56,966 nt of DNA from Anaerolineales bacterium (GTDB taxonomy: Bacteria; Chloroflexota; Anaerolineae; Anaerolineales; E44-bin32): positions 1 through 56,966 of the forward strand of contig JAHFAU010000001.1 in the NCBI GenBank assembly GCA_023250385.1, in the 5' to 3' direction. A model generated the notes under the pieces. It saw only the letters and a program-made list of their open reading frames with translations, had not been told where the DNA came from and ran no database searches. Position numbers and translations under genes: made by a program. Shown here piece after piece: positions 45,876-54,771 of this stretch. Within the stretch, counting starts at the first letter, position 1; every line of letters begins with the position of its first letter.

Positions 45876-46613
45876 TCATCCGGTCAGATGCCGGCCTCCA
45901 TCAAGCCGCAGGATCTCACCGGTCATTGATTTAGGTCCGGCCAGCAAGAACAGCAACCCTTCAACGGCTTCTTCGACGGTGCCCGACCGTCCGGCGGGCA
46001 CTTCAGTGAGTGAGTCGTCGCCTCCGCCTTCGGCCGGCGACAGAATAGCGCCCAGCGCTAAGCCGTTGACCCGAACCGAGGGCGCCAGGGCCAGCGCCAA
46101 CCCACGGGTCAGCGCTGCGAGGGCGCTCTTGCTGATCGTATACGGGAAATGATCGGCTGCTGGCAGGAGCGCCCGCCAGTCAAGCAAGTTGACGATGACT
46201 CCAGGCGCCCCGTTGCGGGCCCTGGCGAAGGCCTGCGAGATCAGGTACGGCGAGGTGAGATTGATGCTGAGGTGGCGCTGCCAGGTCTCAACCGAGGCCT
46301 CCAGCGCACCAACCGGCTCGAAGATCGCCGCGCTGTTGACCAGCAGGTCGACTTCCGGAACCAGCTCGAGGGACCTTCGAATCAGGCCGGCAGCCTGCTC
46401 CGGATCCAAAAGGTCGGCCTGAATTGCTACGGATCGACACCCGAGGCGCTGCGCGACTTGCACCGCCCCCTCCGCTCCGGCCTGGGAGTTACGATAGTGA
46501 ACGACCACATCGCCGCCCTGGCGGGCAATCGCTTCGGCAAAGGCGCGGCCGAGTCGTCGGCCCGCGCCGGTCACAAGCGCCGTATGCCCACGAAGATCGT
46601 ATTCGGATGGCAT
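45876..46613 (-). CDS. FolM/PTR1-like pteridine reductase (SDR family)
   Basis: TGAGRRLG (the TGX3RXG signature of FolM/PTR1), a YxxxK region (YTISKSAL), and the C-terminal LDGGRHL also found in E. coli FolM. ATG 46613 is preferred over GTG 46640. Confidence 0.75.
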   Translation of the reverse strand: MPSEYDLRGHTALVTGAGRRLGRAFAEAIARQGGDVVVHYRNSQAGAEGAVQVAQRLGCRSVAIQADLLDPEQAAGLIRRSLELVPEVDLLVNSAAIFEPVGALEASVETWQRHLSINLTSPYLISQAFARARNGAPGVIVNLLDWRALLPAADHFPYTISKSALAALTRGLALALAPSVRVNGLALGAILSPAEGGGDDSLTEVPAGRSGTVEEAVEGLLFLLAGPKSMTGEILRLDGGRHLTG

Positions 46614-46619
46614 CTGGGT

Positions 46620-46625
46620 ATTGTA
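46620..46625 (-). promoter_or_regulatory. -10-like TACAAT placed 6 nt upstream of the FolM-like ATG (leaderless geometry)
   Basis: The minus strand reads TACAAT-acccag-ATG with no SD. Confidence 0.35.
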
Positions 46626-46662
46626 CCTGTGCGCTCCCACGAACCAGTTATGGTAAGCTCAT

Positions 46663-46701
46663 GCCGCTTACGGTTTGCGATTGATCCGCGCGAAAGGCGG
46701 C
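46663..46701 (+). promoter_or_regulatory. Leader hairpin abutting the folE start codon
   Basis: GCCGC-tta-CGG-tttgcgattgat-CCG-cgcgaaag-GCGGC, then caATG. The 3' arm and internal loop contain the only purine-rich RBS-like stretch (GAAAGG). Confidence 0.3.
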
Positions 46702-46702
46702 A

Positions 46703-47362
46703 ATGGACATCGAGGAACACCTCAACACAGTGGAGCACAAACTTGAGATTGAGGCTGCCGCCGAGCTGCTGGGCGGCGTCGGGGTCGCCCGGCCGGAAGT
46801 CCAGGAGGCTGTGCGGAACCTACTGATCGCGATCGGTGAGGATCCGAATCGGGAAGGCCTGCAGGCCACCCCGCAGCGAGTGGCCCGGGCCTATGACGAA
46901 CTGCTCGCCGGATATCGAGTCGATCCCCAGATGATGATCAACGATGCCATCTTCAATGAGCAATACGACGAGATGGTCATCGTGCGGGACATCGAGTTCT
47001 ACAGCCTGTGCGAGCATCACATGCTGCCGTTCGTCGGGAAGGCACACGTCGCCTACTTGCCGAACGGCAAGATCCTCGGACTGTCCAAAATCCCGCGGGT
47101 CGTCGACCTCTTCGCCCGCCGGCTGCAGATCCAGGAACGGATGACCCGCCAGATCGCCGATTTCTTGGACACCGCCCTCCACCCGCACGGAGTAGGAGTA
47201 GTTGTCGAGGGCTTGCACCTCTGCGCCATGATGCGCGGGGTTAAGAAGGCGAACGCTCGCATGATCACCAGCGCGCTGTGTGGGACGTTTTCGAAGAGTC
47301 CGCTGACCCGGCAAGAGTTCCTGGAGCACCTCGCGCGGGCGGGCAGCCACACGAGTCTGTGA
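46703..47362 (+). CDS. folE: GTP cyclohydrolase I
   Basis: [15 protein letters not shown]...[20 protein letters not shown]...LGLSKI.R....[12 protein letters not shown]. Confidence 0.92.
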   Translation: MDIEEHLNTVEHKLEIEAAAELLGGVGVARPEVQEAVRNLLIAIGEDPNREGLQATPQRVARAYDELLAGYRVDPQMMINDAIFNEQYDEMVIVRDIEFYSLCEHHMLPFVGKAHVAYLPNGKILGLSKIPRVVDLFARRLQIQERMTRQIADFLDTALHPHGVGVVVEGLHLCAMMRGVKKANARMITSALCGTFSKSPLTRQEFLEHLARAGSHTSL

Positions 47363-47727
47363 GGCCGGAACAGGCCCGATCGAGGATCGAGGCCGAACTC
47401 AGCTACGCCCGCGCGGCCCGAGAACATGGCAAAGAGGGGCGGGCCCGAGTTTCTGCCCGCCGGGCGGCGGGTTGGGCAGTGGCCGTGTTCCTCGGCAGCC
47501 ACAGTGAGCCGCCAACTCGCGGGGCCTTTGACCTCTTAGGGTGGTTGGAGCGGGAGGGACCGGCAAACCTGCGCCAGGCGGCCGCCCGGCTGCGGCAGCA
47601 GGTGACCGAGGACCATCGCTTGCCCCACGTCGAAGATCCCTTGGACGACGCAGCGCTCATCGTCCGCACCCTACTGGCGCTTTTGGATGCGACCCAGTCT
47701 TCAGCGGGGCCCGCTGCCGAATCGTGA
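47359..47727 (+). CDS. Hypothetical all-alpha protein (122 aa)
   Basis: GTG 47359 overlaps the folE stop (GTGA). [24 protein letters not shown]... No family recognised. Confidence 0.45.
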   Translation: MRPEQARSRIEAELSYARAAREHGKEGRARVSARRAAGWAVAVFLGSHSEPPTRGAFDLLGWLEREGPANLRQAAARLRQQVTEDHRLPHVEDPLDDAALIVRTLLALLDATQSSAGPAAES

Positions 47728-47806
47728 GCCCCGCGGAGGCCGCCGATCAAAACGTGCCGCGCCGCAACATTCGCTGGCCTCGATTCTCAAGCGACCCCGC
47801 CCACCG

Positions 47807-48490
47807 ATGACGACCGCTCCCGAGGTTGGCCTCGATCAGGCGCCGCTCGCGTTCCGAATTCGCAGCGTGACGGAGGCGGGAATTCCGTCGATAGTCATGC
47901 TGCATGGATTGGGCGGCGACGAACAAGCCATTTGGCAGCTTGAACCGGCGCTTCCCAGTGGAGGTCTGATCATCGCGCCCCGAGCGCCTTTTCCGCAGAC
48001 AACAGGCGGATACGGCTGGCTGCCGCAGCTTGGGGCCTGGCCACCGAAACTGGAAGAGTTCGCCGAGTCGGTGGTGCTGCTGGAACGACTGCTGACTTAC
48101 CTGGAGCACGGCCACGCTCTGGACCGGGGCAAGCTAGTCCTACTGGGGTTCAGCCAGGGGGCAGCCATGGCCTTTGCCGCTGCTATGACCGCCGAGTTGG
48201 GATTGTCAATTCGACCGGCCGCGCTCGCGATTGGGTCCGGACATCTGCCGCAGGGTGACCTGAGCCCGCTTCACGGGCTTCCGGTGTTTTGGGGGCATGG
48301 AACCCGCGATGAGCTGATCCCGGTGACGGTGGCCCGAAATGATGTCGCCCGTTTGCGAGCTGTCGGCGCCCAAGTGCAGTACTGCGAGGCGGACGTTAGC
48401 CACAAGCTTGGGATGGCTTGCCTGCGCGAGCTTAAGCAGTGGATACCTGCCCGGTTCGCCGACCCGCAGAAGGACGTGCTCAGCCGATGA
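47807..48490 (+). CDS. Alpha/beta hydrolase (phospholipase/carboxylesterase family)
   Basis: [11 protein letters not shown], the nucleophile elbow GFSQGA, and [12 protein letters not shown] 47807. Confidence 0.8.
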   Translation: MTTAPEVGLDQAPLAFRIRSVTEAGIPSIVMLHGLGGDEQAIWQLEPALPSGGLIIAPRAPFPQTTGGYGWLPQLGAWPPKLEEFAESVVLLERLLTYLEHGHALDRGKLVLLGFSQGAAMAFAAAMTAELGLSIRPAALAIGSGHLPQGDLSPLHGLPVFWGHGTRDELIPVTVARNDVARLRAVGAQVQYCEADVSHKLGMACLRELKQWIPARFADPQKDVLSR

Positions 48491-50517
48491 ATGAATCGGA
48501 TCTCGCCAATCGATCCATCAATACGATCCGCTTCTTGGCGGCCGACGCGGTCCAGCAGGCCAAGTCGGGCCATCCCGGACTCCCCATGGGGGCTGCCAGC
48601 CTGGCCTATGTGTTGTGGACCCGCCACCTGCGGTTCGATCCGGCCGATCCGCACTGGCCGAACCGAGACCGGTTTGTGCTCTCGGCCGGGCATGGCTCGA
48701 TGCTGCTCTACGCGATGCTGCACCTCACCGGCTACGACCTTCCCTTGGAGCAGATCCGTCGATTCAGGCAATGGGGGAGCATCACCCCGGGGCATCCGGA
48801 GCATGGCGAGACGCCGGGAGTGGAGACAACCAGCGGACCGCTGGGCCAGGGATTCGCCAATGCGGTCGGAATGGGAATAGCGGCGGAGCGGATGGCGGCC
48901 TATTACAACCGAGAAGGCTACCCGATCGTCGACCACTTCATCTATGCGATTGTGTCGGATGGCGACTTAATGGAAGGGATCGGCTCGGAGGCGGCTTCCC
49001 TGGCAGGCCACCTCAGGCTGGGGCGCTTGGTCTTTCTGTACGACGACAACCGGATCTCGATCGATGGCAGCACCGACCTGGCGTTCACCGAGGATCGGGC
49101 GGCTCGGTTTCGGGCCTATGGATGGCAGGTAAGCAGCGTGGAGGACTTTTTGGACCTCGAAGCGATCCACACTGCGATCGAGGCTGCGCAGTCCGACCCG
49201 CGCCCTTCGCTGATTGTGTGTCGGACCCACATTGGCTATGGGCTGCCCACCCGGCAGGACACCGCGGAGGCCCACGGTGAACCGCCGGGGGAGCAAGAAC
49301 TTGCCGGCGCGAAACAAAAGCTGGGGTGGCCGCTGGAGCCGCGGTTCTTGGTTCCCGACGATGTGCGCAAACACCTGCGAAGTTCAGCCGACCGTGGCCG
49401 GAGCGCGAGGTCGGGATGGCTTGCGCGGCTGGCCGATTATCGGCGGGCTCACTCTGAATTGGCCAAGGCCTGGGATCGAACTCAGCGCGGCGAGCTGCCA
49501 GATGGACTGGTGGAGCGCCTCCCAGACTTTGCGGCGGACGAGAAGGGAATGGCGACCCGGGCGGCCTCCGGCAAGACCCTCAACGCGCTTGCCGCGAACC
49601 TGCCTGAGCTGATCGGAGGCTCGGCCGATCTCAGCGGATCCAACCTGACAAAGATCAGCGGGGAGGCTCCCTTCTCGGCCACCTACCGAATCGGGCGCTA
49701 CGTCCACTTCGGAGTGCGGGAGCACGGAATGGGCGGGATGCTGAGCGGCATGGCTCTCTACGGCGGCCTGATTCCGTATGGCGGCACGTTCTTGATCTTC
49801 TCGGACTACATGCGGCCAAGCCTGCGGCTGGCGGCGATGATGCGGCTGCGAGTGATCTACGTGTTCACCCACGACTCGATCGGGCTGGGGGAAGACGGCC
49901 CGACCCATCAGCCGATCGAACACCTGCCGGCCCTGCGGGCCATTCCCAATCTGACCGTGATCCGTCCGGCAGATGCCAATGAGACCGCCGTCGCCTGGTG
50001 GGCGGCGCTGAGTCGGACCGGCGGGCCGACCGCCCTCGCGCTCACCCGCCAGAAGCTGCCGGTCTTCGACCGGACGCAATATGGGTCGGCGGCTGGGCTG
50101 CTGAGGGGCGCCTACGTCCTCGCCGATCTGGGCCCAAGGAACCCGGAGCTGATCCTGATGGCCTCCGGCTCTGAAGTCAGCCTGATAGAAGCGGCCGGGC
50201 GGGCGCTGGCAGCGGAGGGGCTGGCAGTCCGGTTAGTTTCCTTCCCTTCCTGGGAGCTCTTTCTCGAGCAAGATTCGGCTTACCGCGACAGCGTGCTGCC
50301 CAGGCAGATTCGAGCCAGGGTTTCGATCGAGGCGGCCGCGCCGCTTGGCTGGGAGCGATGGGTGGGTGACGAGGGAGTCACGATTGGCCTCGACCGATTT
50401 GGAGCCTCGGCCCCCTATGAGGAGATCTACCGCCAGCTCGGATTGACGGTTGACCGGATTGTCCAGACGGCTCGGGAGCTGATCGGTCAGCCAGAGCCGA
50501 ATCGCCAAAGGTCCTAA
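48487..50517 (+). CDS. tkt: Transketolase
   Basis: ATG 48487 in an ATGA overlap. [27 protein letters not shown]...GHGSMLLYA...[16 protein letters not shown]. Confidence 0.95.
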   Translation: MNESDLANRSINTIRFLAADAVQQAKSGHPGLPMGAASLAYVLWTRHLRFDPADPHWPNRDRFVLSAGHGSMLLYAMLHLTGYDLPLEQIRRFRQWGSITPGHPEHGETPGVETTSGPLGQGFANAVGMGIAAERMAAYYNREGYPIVDHFIYAIVSDGDLMEGIGSEAASLAGHLRLGRLVFLYDDNRISIDGSTDLAFTEDRAARFRAYGWQVSSVEDFLDLEAIHTAIEAAQSDPRPSLIVCRTHIGYGLPTRQDTAEAHGEPPGEQELAGAKQKLGWPLEPRFLVPDDVRKHLRSSADRGRSARSGWLARLADYRRAHSELAKAWDRTQRGELPDGLVERLPDFAADEKGMATRAASGKTLNALAANLPELIGGSADLSGSNLTKISGEAPFSATYRIGRYVHFGVREHGMGGMLSGMALYGGLIPYGGTFLIFSDYMRPSLRLAAMMRLRVIYVFTHDSIGLGEDGPTHQPIEHLPALRAIPNLTVIRPADANETAVAWWAALSRTGGPTALALTRQKLPVFDRTQYGSAAGLLRGAYVLADLGPRNPELILMASGSEVSLIEAAGRALAAEGLAVRLVSFPSWELFLEQDSAYRDSVLPRQIRARVSIEAAAPLGWERWVGDEGVTIGLDRFGASAPYEEIYRQLGLTVDRIVQTARELIGQPEPNRQRS

Positions 50518-50576
50518 TTCCGGATCGACACACCGGTATGCCTGAAGAGCCTCGCGGCTAATCGGCAACCGAGAGC

Positions 50577-53291
50577 ATGAACGCCATTCAACAGGTTTAC
50601 GAACTCGGCCAATCCATCTGGCTGGACTACATCCGCCGGGACCTGGTCTCGAACGGCCAGCTCGCGGGCCTAGTCGAAGCCGGAGAGGTTCGCGGAGTCA
50701 CGTCAAACCCCACGATTTTTGAAGAGGCCATCGCGAAGTCCGATCTCTACAACGGCGCGATTCGGCCACTTGCCCAAGCCGGCTGGGAATCCGAGCTGAT
50801 CTTCGAAGCTCTGGCGGTCGAAGACGTCAGAGCCGCGAGCGATCTCTTCCTACCGCTCTATGAAGGTTCCGACGGGAAAGACGGATTCGTGTCGATTGAG
50901 GTCAGTCCCCGGCTGGCGGATGACACCCAGGCCACGCTGGTTGAAGCTCGCCGGCTGTGGCAGTCGGTCAACCGGCCCAACCTCATGGTCAAGATCCCTG
51001 CAACCGAGAGCGGGGTACCGGCGATCGAGCAGGCGATTTACGAAGGCATCAATATCAACGTCACACTCGTATTCTCCCTGGAGCGGTACTCCCAAGTAAT
51101 GGAAGCCTACCTGCGTGGGCTGGAACGCCGGGTGGAGGCGAATGCGCCAATTGAGCGAGTCGCTTCCGTAGCGTCGTTCTTCGTCTCCCGGGTAGACACG
51201 GCGGTCGACGGGAAACTGGAGGCGATCGTTCGGGAGGAGGGTACAAACGCGCCAAAGGCGTTGGCGCTGCTTGGCAAGGCCGCCATCGCCAACGCAAAGC
51301 TAGCCTACGCCCAGTTCAAGGTGGCTTTTGGAAGCCCTCGCTTTGGGAAGCTGCGCGAGCACGGCGGCCGCACGCAGCGGCCGCTCTGGGCATCTACCAG
51401 CACTAAGAATCCCGCGTATCCGGACGTCATGTATGTGGAGCAGCTGATCGGGAAGGGTACCGTCAATACCGTGCCTCCCAAAGCCCTGAGCGCGTTCCGC
51501 GATCACGGCCGCGCCGAGCTCACCCTGGATCAAGATCTCGCCGTGGCCCGGGCCCAGTTGGACACCCTGGCGGAGCTCGGGATCTCGATGGAAGCGGTAA
51601 CCCGAGGTTTGGAGCAGGAGGGGGTTCGCAAGTTCGCGGACTCGTTCGACTCTTTGCTGAAAGCCGTCACAGATCGGGCGATCAGAATGCGGCAGGAACT
51701 CGGACCGCTGGCGACGGTGATGGCCGACACGCTGAGACGGCTGGACCGCGATCGGGTTCCCGCGCGCCTCTGGCGAAGAGATCCCAGTCTGTGGGGCGAA
51801 TCCAAGCGAAACAACGATCTAGCGAGTCAGCTGGTCTGGCTGAACCCGGAGCCGCCAGGGCTTGTGAACCGGATCGAGGCGCTCGCGGCGGACGCTAGGA
51901 AAGACGGCGTGCAGCAGATTGGTTGGCTCGGCCCGCCGGGCGCGCTGCGAGCGCTCGAAGCAGTCGTGGGGCCCAAATCCGGGGTTGAATTCGTTCCGCT
52001 GGAAACGATCGACCCGGAGGAGCTTCGCCGGTTTGCCGAAGCCACTCCACTCGCCTCTACCCTCTTCATATTGGCCGGAAGCGAGGCAATCGAGCGAGCG
52101 GGGCTGGAGCTCGCTTGGTTGCGAGCGCGCACGGATCTTCGGGAGCAGGCGGGCAAGCGGTTCCTCGCCTTGGCGGTTAGTGGATCGGGCCTGGAGGCGG
52201 CCGCTCAGGCACGGGGCTTTGGGGAGGTAATCCAGCTCCCATCGGATTCACCGGTCCCGCCAGCCCTGGTGCAGACTGGGCTGCTCGGGGGCTCACCCTC
52301 CGAGCTGCTGCTTGGTGCAGCCATGATGCGCGAGCAATGCGGGCCGGGAAACTTTTCGGCCCGCAACCCCGGTTTACAGCTGGGCGCGTTCCTGGGAGTT
52401 GCCTCCTCGAGCGGTATTCGTCGAATCGGACTGGTAGCTGATCCGCCACTGACGCCCGCCGCACACTGGCTCGCATCTGAAGCCTCCGCCCGCGGAGTGG
52501 GGAGCCGGCTCACGATCTTACCCACTTCCCCGGTTGAGGTGGCCCTGGGAGACGCCGCGCTCATCTATCTGCGCACGAGCGGGAGCCTTGATGGCGCGCT
52601 CTCCACCTGGTTAGAGAAGGGAGCGGCCGTCCTTGTGCTCGATGCTAGCGCCGGCCTCGCCGGAATTGGAGCCGAGGCGGTTCGCTGGGAGATCGGCGCG
52701 GCAGTCGGGGCGAGTATTCTGGAGCTGAGGCCATTCGTGACTGATCCAGCCCCAGGTCGGCTCGCGAGGCGAATTAAGACGTTTCAGAAGCGGCGCAAGT
52801 TGGACATGAAGAAGCCGGATTGGAAATCAACGGCATTCTCACTCTGGTCGACGGATCGTAAGCTGCGGCTGGATGGGAACTTTGGTATCGCTCAGGTGGC
52901 GGAGGCAATCCTGAGCCGATTGGAACCCGGGCACTGCCTCTTGCTAGGCCTGTATGTAATGCGAACGCCTTCGACCCAACAAGCCCTGAGCCGGCTTGAA
53001 ATTGCGGTTGGCGCCGGGCAAAGCGCCGACTGCATCATCTGGCATGGACGAATGCCGCGCCGAGTCCTCCAGCCAGGAGCGACCCTGGGGGTGCTGTTGG
53101 CGGTCGAACCGGGAGCGGATCTCGAGGTGCCGGAGCTCGGAATCCCAGCCGGGGTGCTGCAGTTGATCCAGGGAGTGGCGGATTTCGGCGGGCTCGAGCA
53201 GTCTGGCGAGGCGGCCTTTATGCTTCAGTTCAAGACAAGAGACGGCGTCAGCGAATTCCTGCGCACGATGGAGGCCGCGGCCCAGCACTAG
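50577..53291 (+). CDS. Bifunctional transaldolase / glucose-6-phosphate isomerase-like fusion
   Basis: The N-terminal ~360 aa are transaldolase (GQSIWLDYIRR...VTSNPTIFE...MVKIPAT...INVTLVFS). The remainder is a PGI-like SIS region (RLWRRDPSLWG...LVWL). Confidence 0.85.
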   Translation: MNAIQQVYELGQSIWLDYIRRDLVSNGQLAGLVEAGEVRGVTSNPTIFEEAIAKSDLYNGAIRPLAQAGWESELIFEALAVEDVRAASDLFLPLYEGSDGKDGFVSIEVSPRLADDTQATLVEARRLWQSVNRPNLMVKIPATESGVPAIEQAIYEGININVTLVFSLERYSQVMEAYLRGLERRVEANAPIERVASVASFFVSRVDTAVDGKLEAIVREEGTNAPKALALLGKAAIANAKLAYAQFKVAFGSPRFGKLREHGGRTQRPLWASTSTKNPAYPDVMYVEQLIGKGTVNTVPPKALSAFRDHGRAELTLDQDLAVARAQLDTLAELGISMEAVTRGLEQEGVRKFADSFDSLLKAVTDRAIRMRQELGPLATVMADTLRRLDRDRVPARLWRRDPSLWGESKRNNDLASQLVWLNPEPPGLVNRIEALAADARKDGVQQIGWLGPPGALRALEAVVGPKSGVEFVPLETIDPEELRRFAEATPLASTLFILAGSEAIERAGLELAWLRARTDLREQAGKRFLALAVSGSGLEAAAQARGFGEVIQLPSDSPVPPALVQTGLLGGSPSELLLGAAMMREQCGPGNFSARNPGLQLGAFLGVASSSGIRRIGLVADPPLTPAAHWLASEASARGVGSRLTILPTSPVEVALGDAALIYLRTSGSLDGALSTWLEKGAAVLVLDASAGLAGIGAEAVRWEIGAAVGASILELRPFVTDPAPGRLARRIKTFQKRRKLDMKKPDWKSTAFSLWSTDRKLRLDGNFGIAQVAEAILSRLEPGHCLLLGLYVMRTPSTQQALSRLEIAVGAGQSADCIIWHGRMPRRVLQPGATLGVLLAVEPGADLEVPELGIPAGVLQLIQGVADFGGLEQSGEAAFMLQFKTRDGVSEFLRTMEAAAQH

Positions 53292-53310
53292 CTGGCTGGT
53301 CGCCGCCTGA

Positions 53311-53973
53311 ATGGCTCAACGGCGCCTGATCCCGGAAGCTCGGTTGCGCGAGCTGCAGACGGATGAGCTGCCGGATTTGCTGGAGGCTCTGCTGCAGCTG
53401 ACGGGTCCTGAGCTGGCGGCACGGCAGACGGGGCTGCGTCGATTGGTGGAAGCGGACTATCACCGCCGGTCGCCCTTGGCAGCCGCGCTGCTCGCTCGGG
53501 GGGTCGGGGAGCGAGATCTGGAGCTGCGGCGCGAGTGGGTGGTCGCCCTGGCGGAAGTCATTGTGGGTACGTCCGCTAGCCCCGAGCAGGTAGCGCACTG
53601 GTTGCGACACAGTCTGGGCCAGCTCCGGCGCAGGGAGATCTACGGCCTGCTTCAACTGGCGGCGGCCTCGCCGGGCCATACCGGATTGGTACACCTGGTG
53701 CTCGATCAGTGTTCGTTTTCAGGAGGAACCTTGCTGCAGATCCTGCAGGATCGTAAGGCGGACATCCAGATCCGAGTCTCCGCTGCCCATGCTTTGGCTG
53801 CCATCGGCTACCTGGATGCCGCCCCGGCGGTGGCCTCTCTGCTTAATCGGATCGCCAGCCGATTGGCCGGGCAAGAGGAGATGGGATTCGCCCCGTCGCT
53901 CGAGGCAGAAGCCGACTTGCTGCTCCCGGCCCTCGAATCGCTCAACGACGCGCTAAGTGAGGCCGCCCTCTGA
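53311..53973 (+). CDS. HEAT/armadillo-like repeat protein, function unknown
   Basis: 220 aa, all-helical, with HEAT-like units (e.g. IRVSAAHALAAIGYLDAAPAVASLL). Confidence 0.55.
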   Translation: MAQRRLIPEARLRELQTDELPDLLEALLQLTGPELAARQTGLRRLVEADYHRRSPLAAALLARGVGERDLELRREWVVALAEVIVGTSASPEQVAHWLRHSLGQLRRREIYGLLQLAAASPGHTGLVHLVLDQCSFSGGTLLQILQDRKADIQIRVSAAHALAAIGYLDAAPAVASLLNRIASRLAGQEEMGFAPSLEAEADLLLPALESLNDALSEAAL

Positions 53974-54008
53974 CCGCCCGGCGGGTCGCGCCTCCCCGGC
54001 TGGATGGT

Positions 54009-54737
54009 GTGTTGGCCGGCTCCGCGGAGCCGGTCTTTCGGGTACTACCCCAGCGCATATTGGACGACCTTCGCAGCCCGAACTCCGAAAGTTCCCTGTT
54101 GTGGAGCCTGGTCTATCCGCGAGCGCAACCAAATCTGTCCCTGCGATCTCTGCTGGAACTGCGACCGATGTGGGGCTCGCACTTGGAATTGGAGGACGAG
54201 GGGCTCAGACCTTACTATTGGGGCTACGATGTCGACGGCAAGCGGCTGGAGGGGCTGGATGCCGTACTGGAGGCCGTCGATGGAAGCGGACAACAGACAG
54301 AGGTGGACCTCTTCCTGCTCGGCAAGCGTCAATTGATCCTGGTCGAGGCCAAGCGATCCGGAGGACTCGGTAGATGCGGCAGGTACCTCTCTGCTCGTTG
54401 TCCCGAGATCCATCTGGCGGGCCAGGCAGGCTGCCGCTACTGGGAGGTTCCGGAGGCCCTATTCAGCGGTTCGCTCGCCTTCGGATCCCGGCCAACGCCC
54501 GAGTTGGACTCACCGCCCTGTAATCGGCACTACCAGCTCGCCCGGATCTTGAAAGTGGGGGAAGCCTTGGCCGCTCGGTTGAATCGCCAGCTTCACCTAT
54601 GGTTATGGGTCCCGCGTGAACGCTGGCAGGCAGTGGAACGAGGCTGGCTGGATTTCACCGATCGGGTGATCGAGGACCGGATCTGGAGGCACCTACGGGT
54701 CCTCGACTGGGAGGCCATTCGAGAACTGTCGACTTAA
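54009..54737 (+). CDS. Hypothetical protein with a PD-(D/E)xK nuclease-like core and a 4-Cys cluster
   Basis: TEVDLFLLGKRQLILVEAKRSG fits a D...ExK core. It is followed by C-x7-C-x10-C-x28-C (GRCGRYLSARCPEIHLAGQAGCRYW...PPCNRHY). GTG start. Confidence 0.5.
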   Translation: MLAGSAEPVFRVLPQRILDDLRSPNSESSLLWSLVYPRAQPNLSLRSLLELRPMWGSHLELEDEGLRPYYWGYDVDGKRLEGLDAVLEAVDGSGQQTEVDLFLLGKRQLILVEAKRSGGLGRCGRYLSARCPEIHLAGQAGCRYWEVPEALFSGSLAFGSRPTPELDSPPCNRHYQLARILKVGEALAARLNRQLHLWLWVPRERWQAVERGWLDFTDRVIEDRIWRHLRVLDWEAIRELST

Positions 54738-54771
54738 ACCGGAGCGTTTGCGACTCGCCGCTCACAGAACC

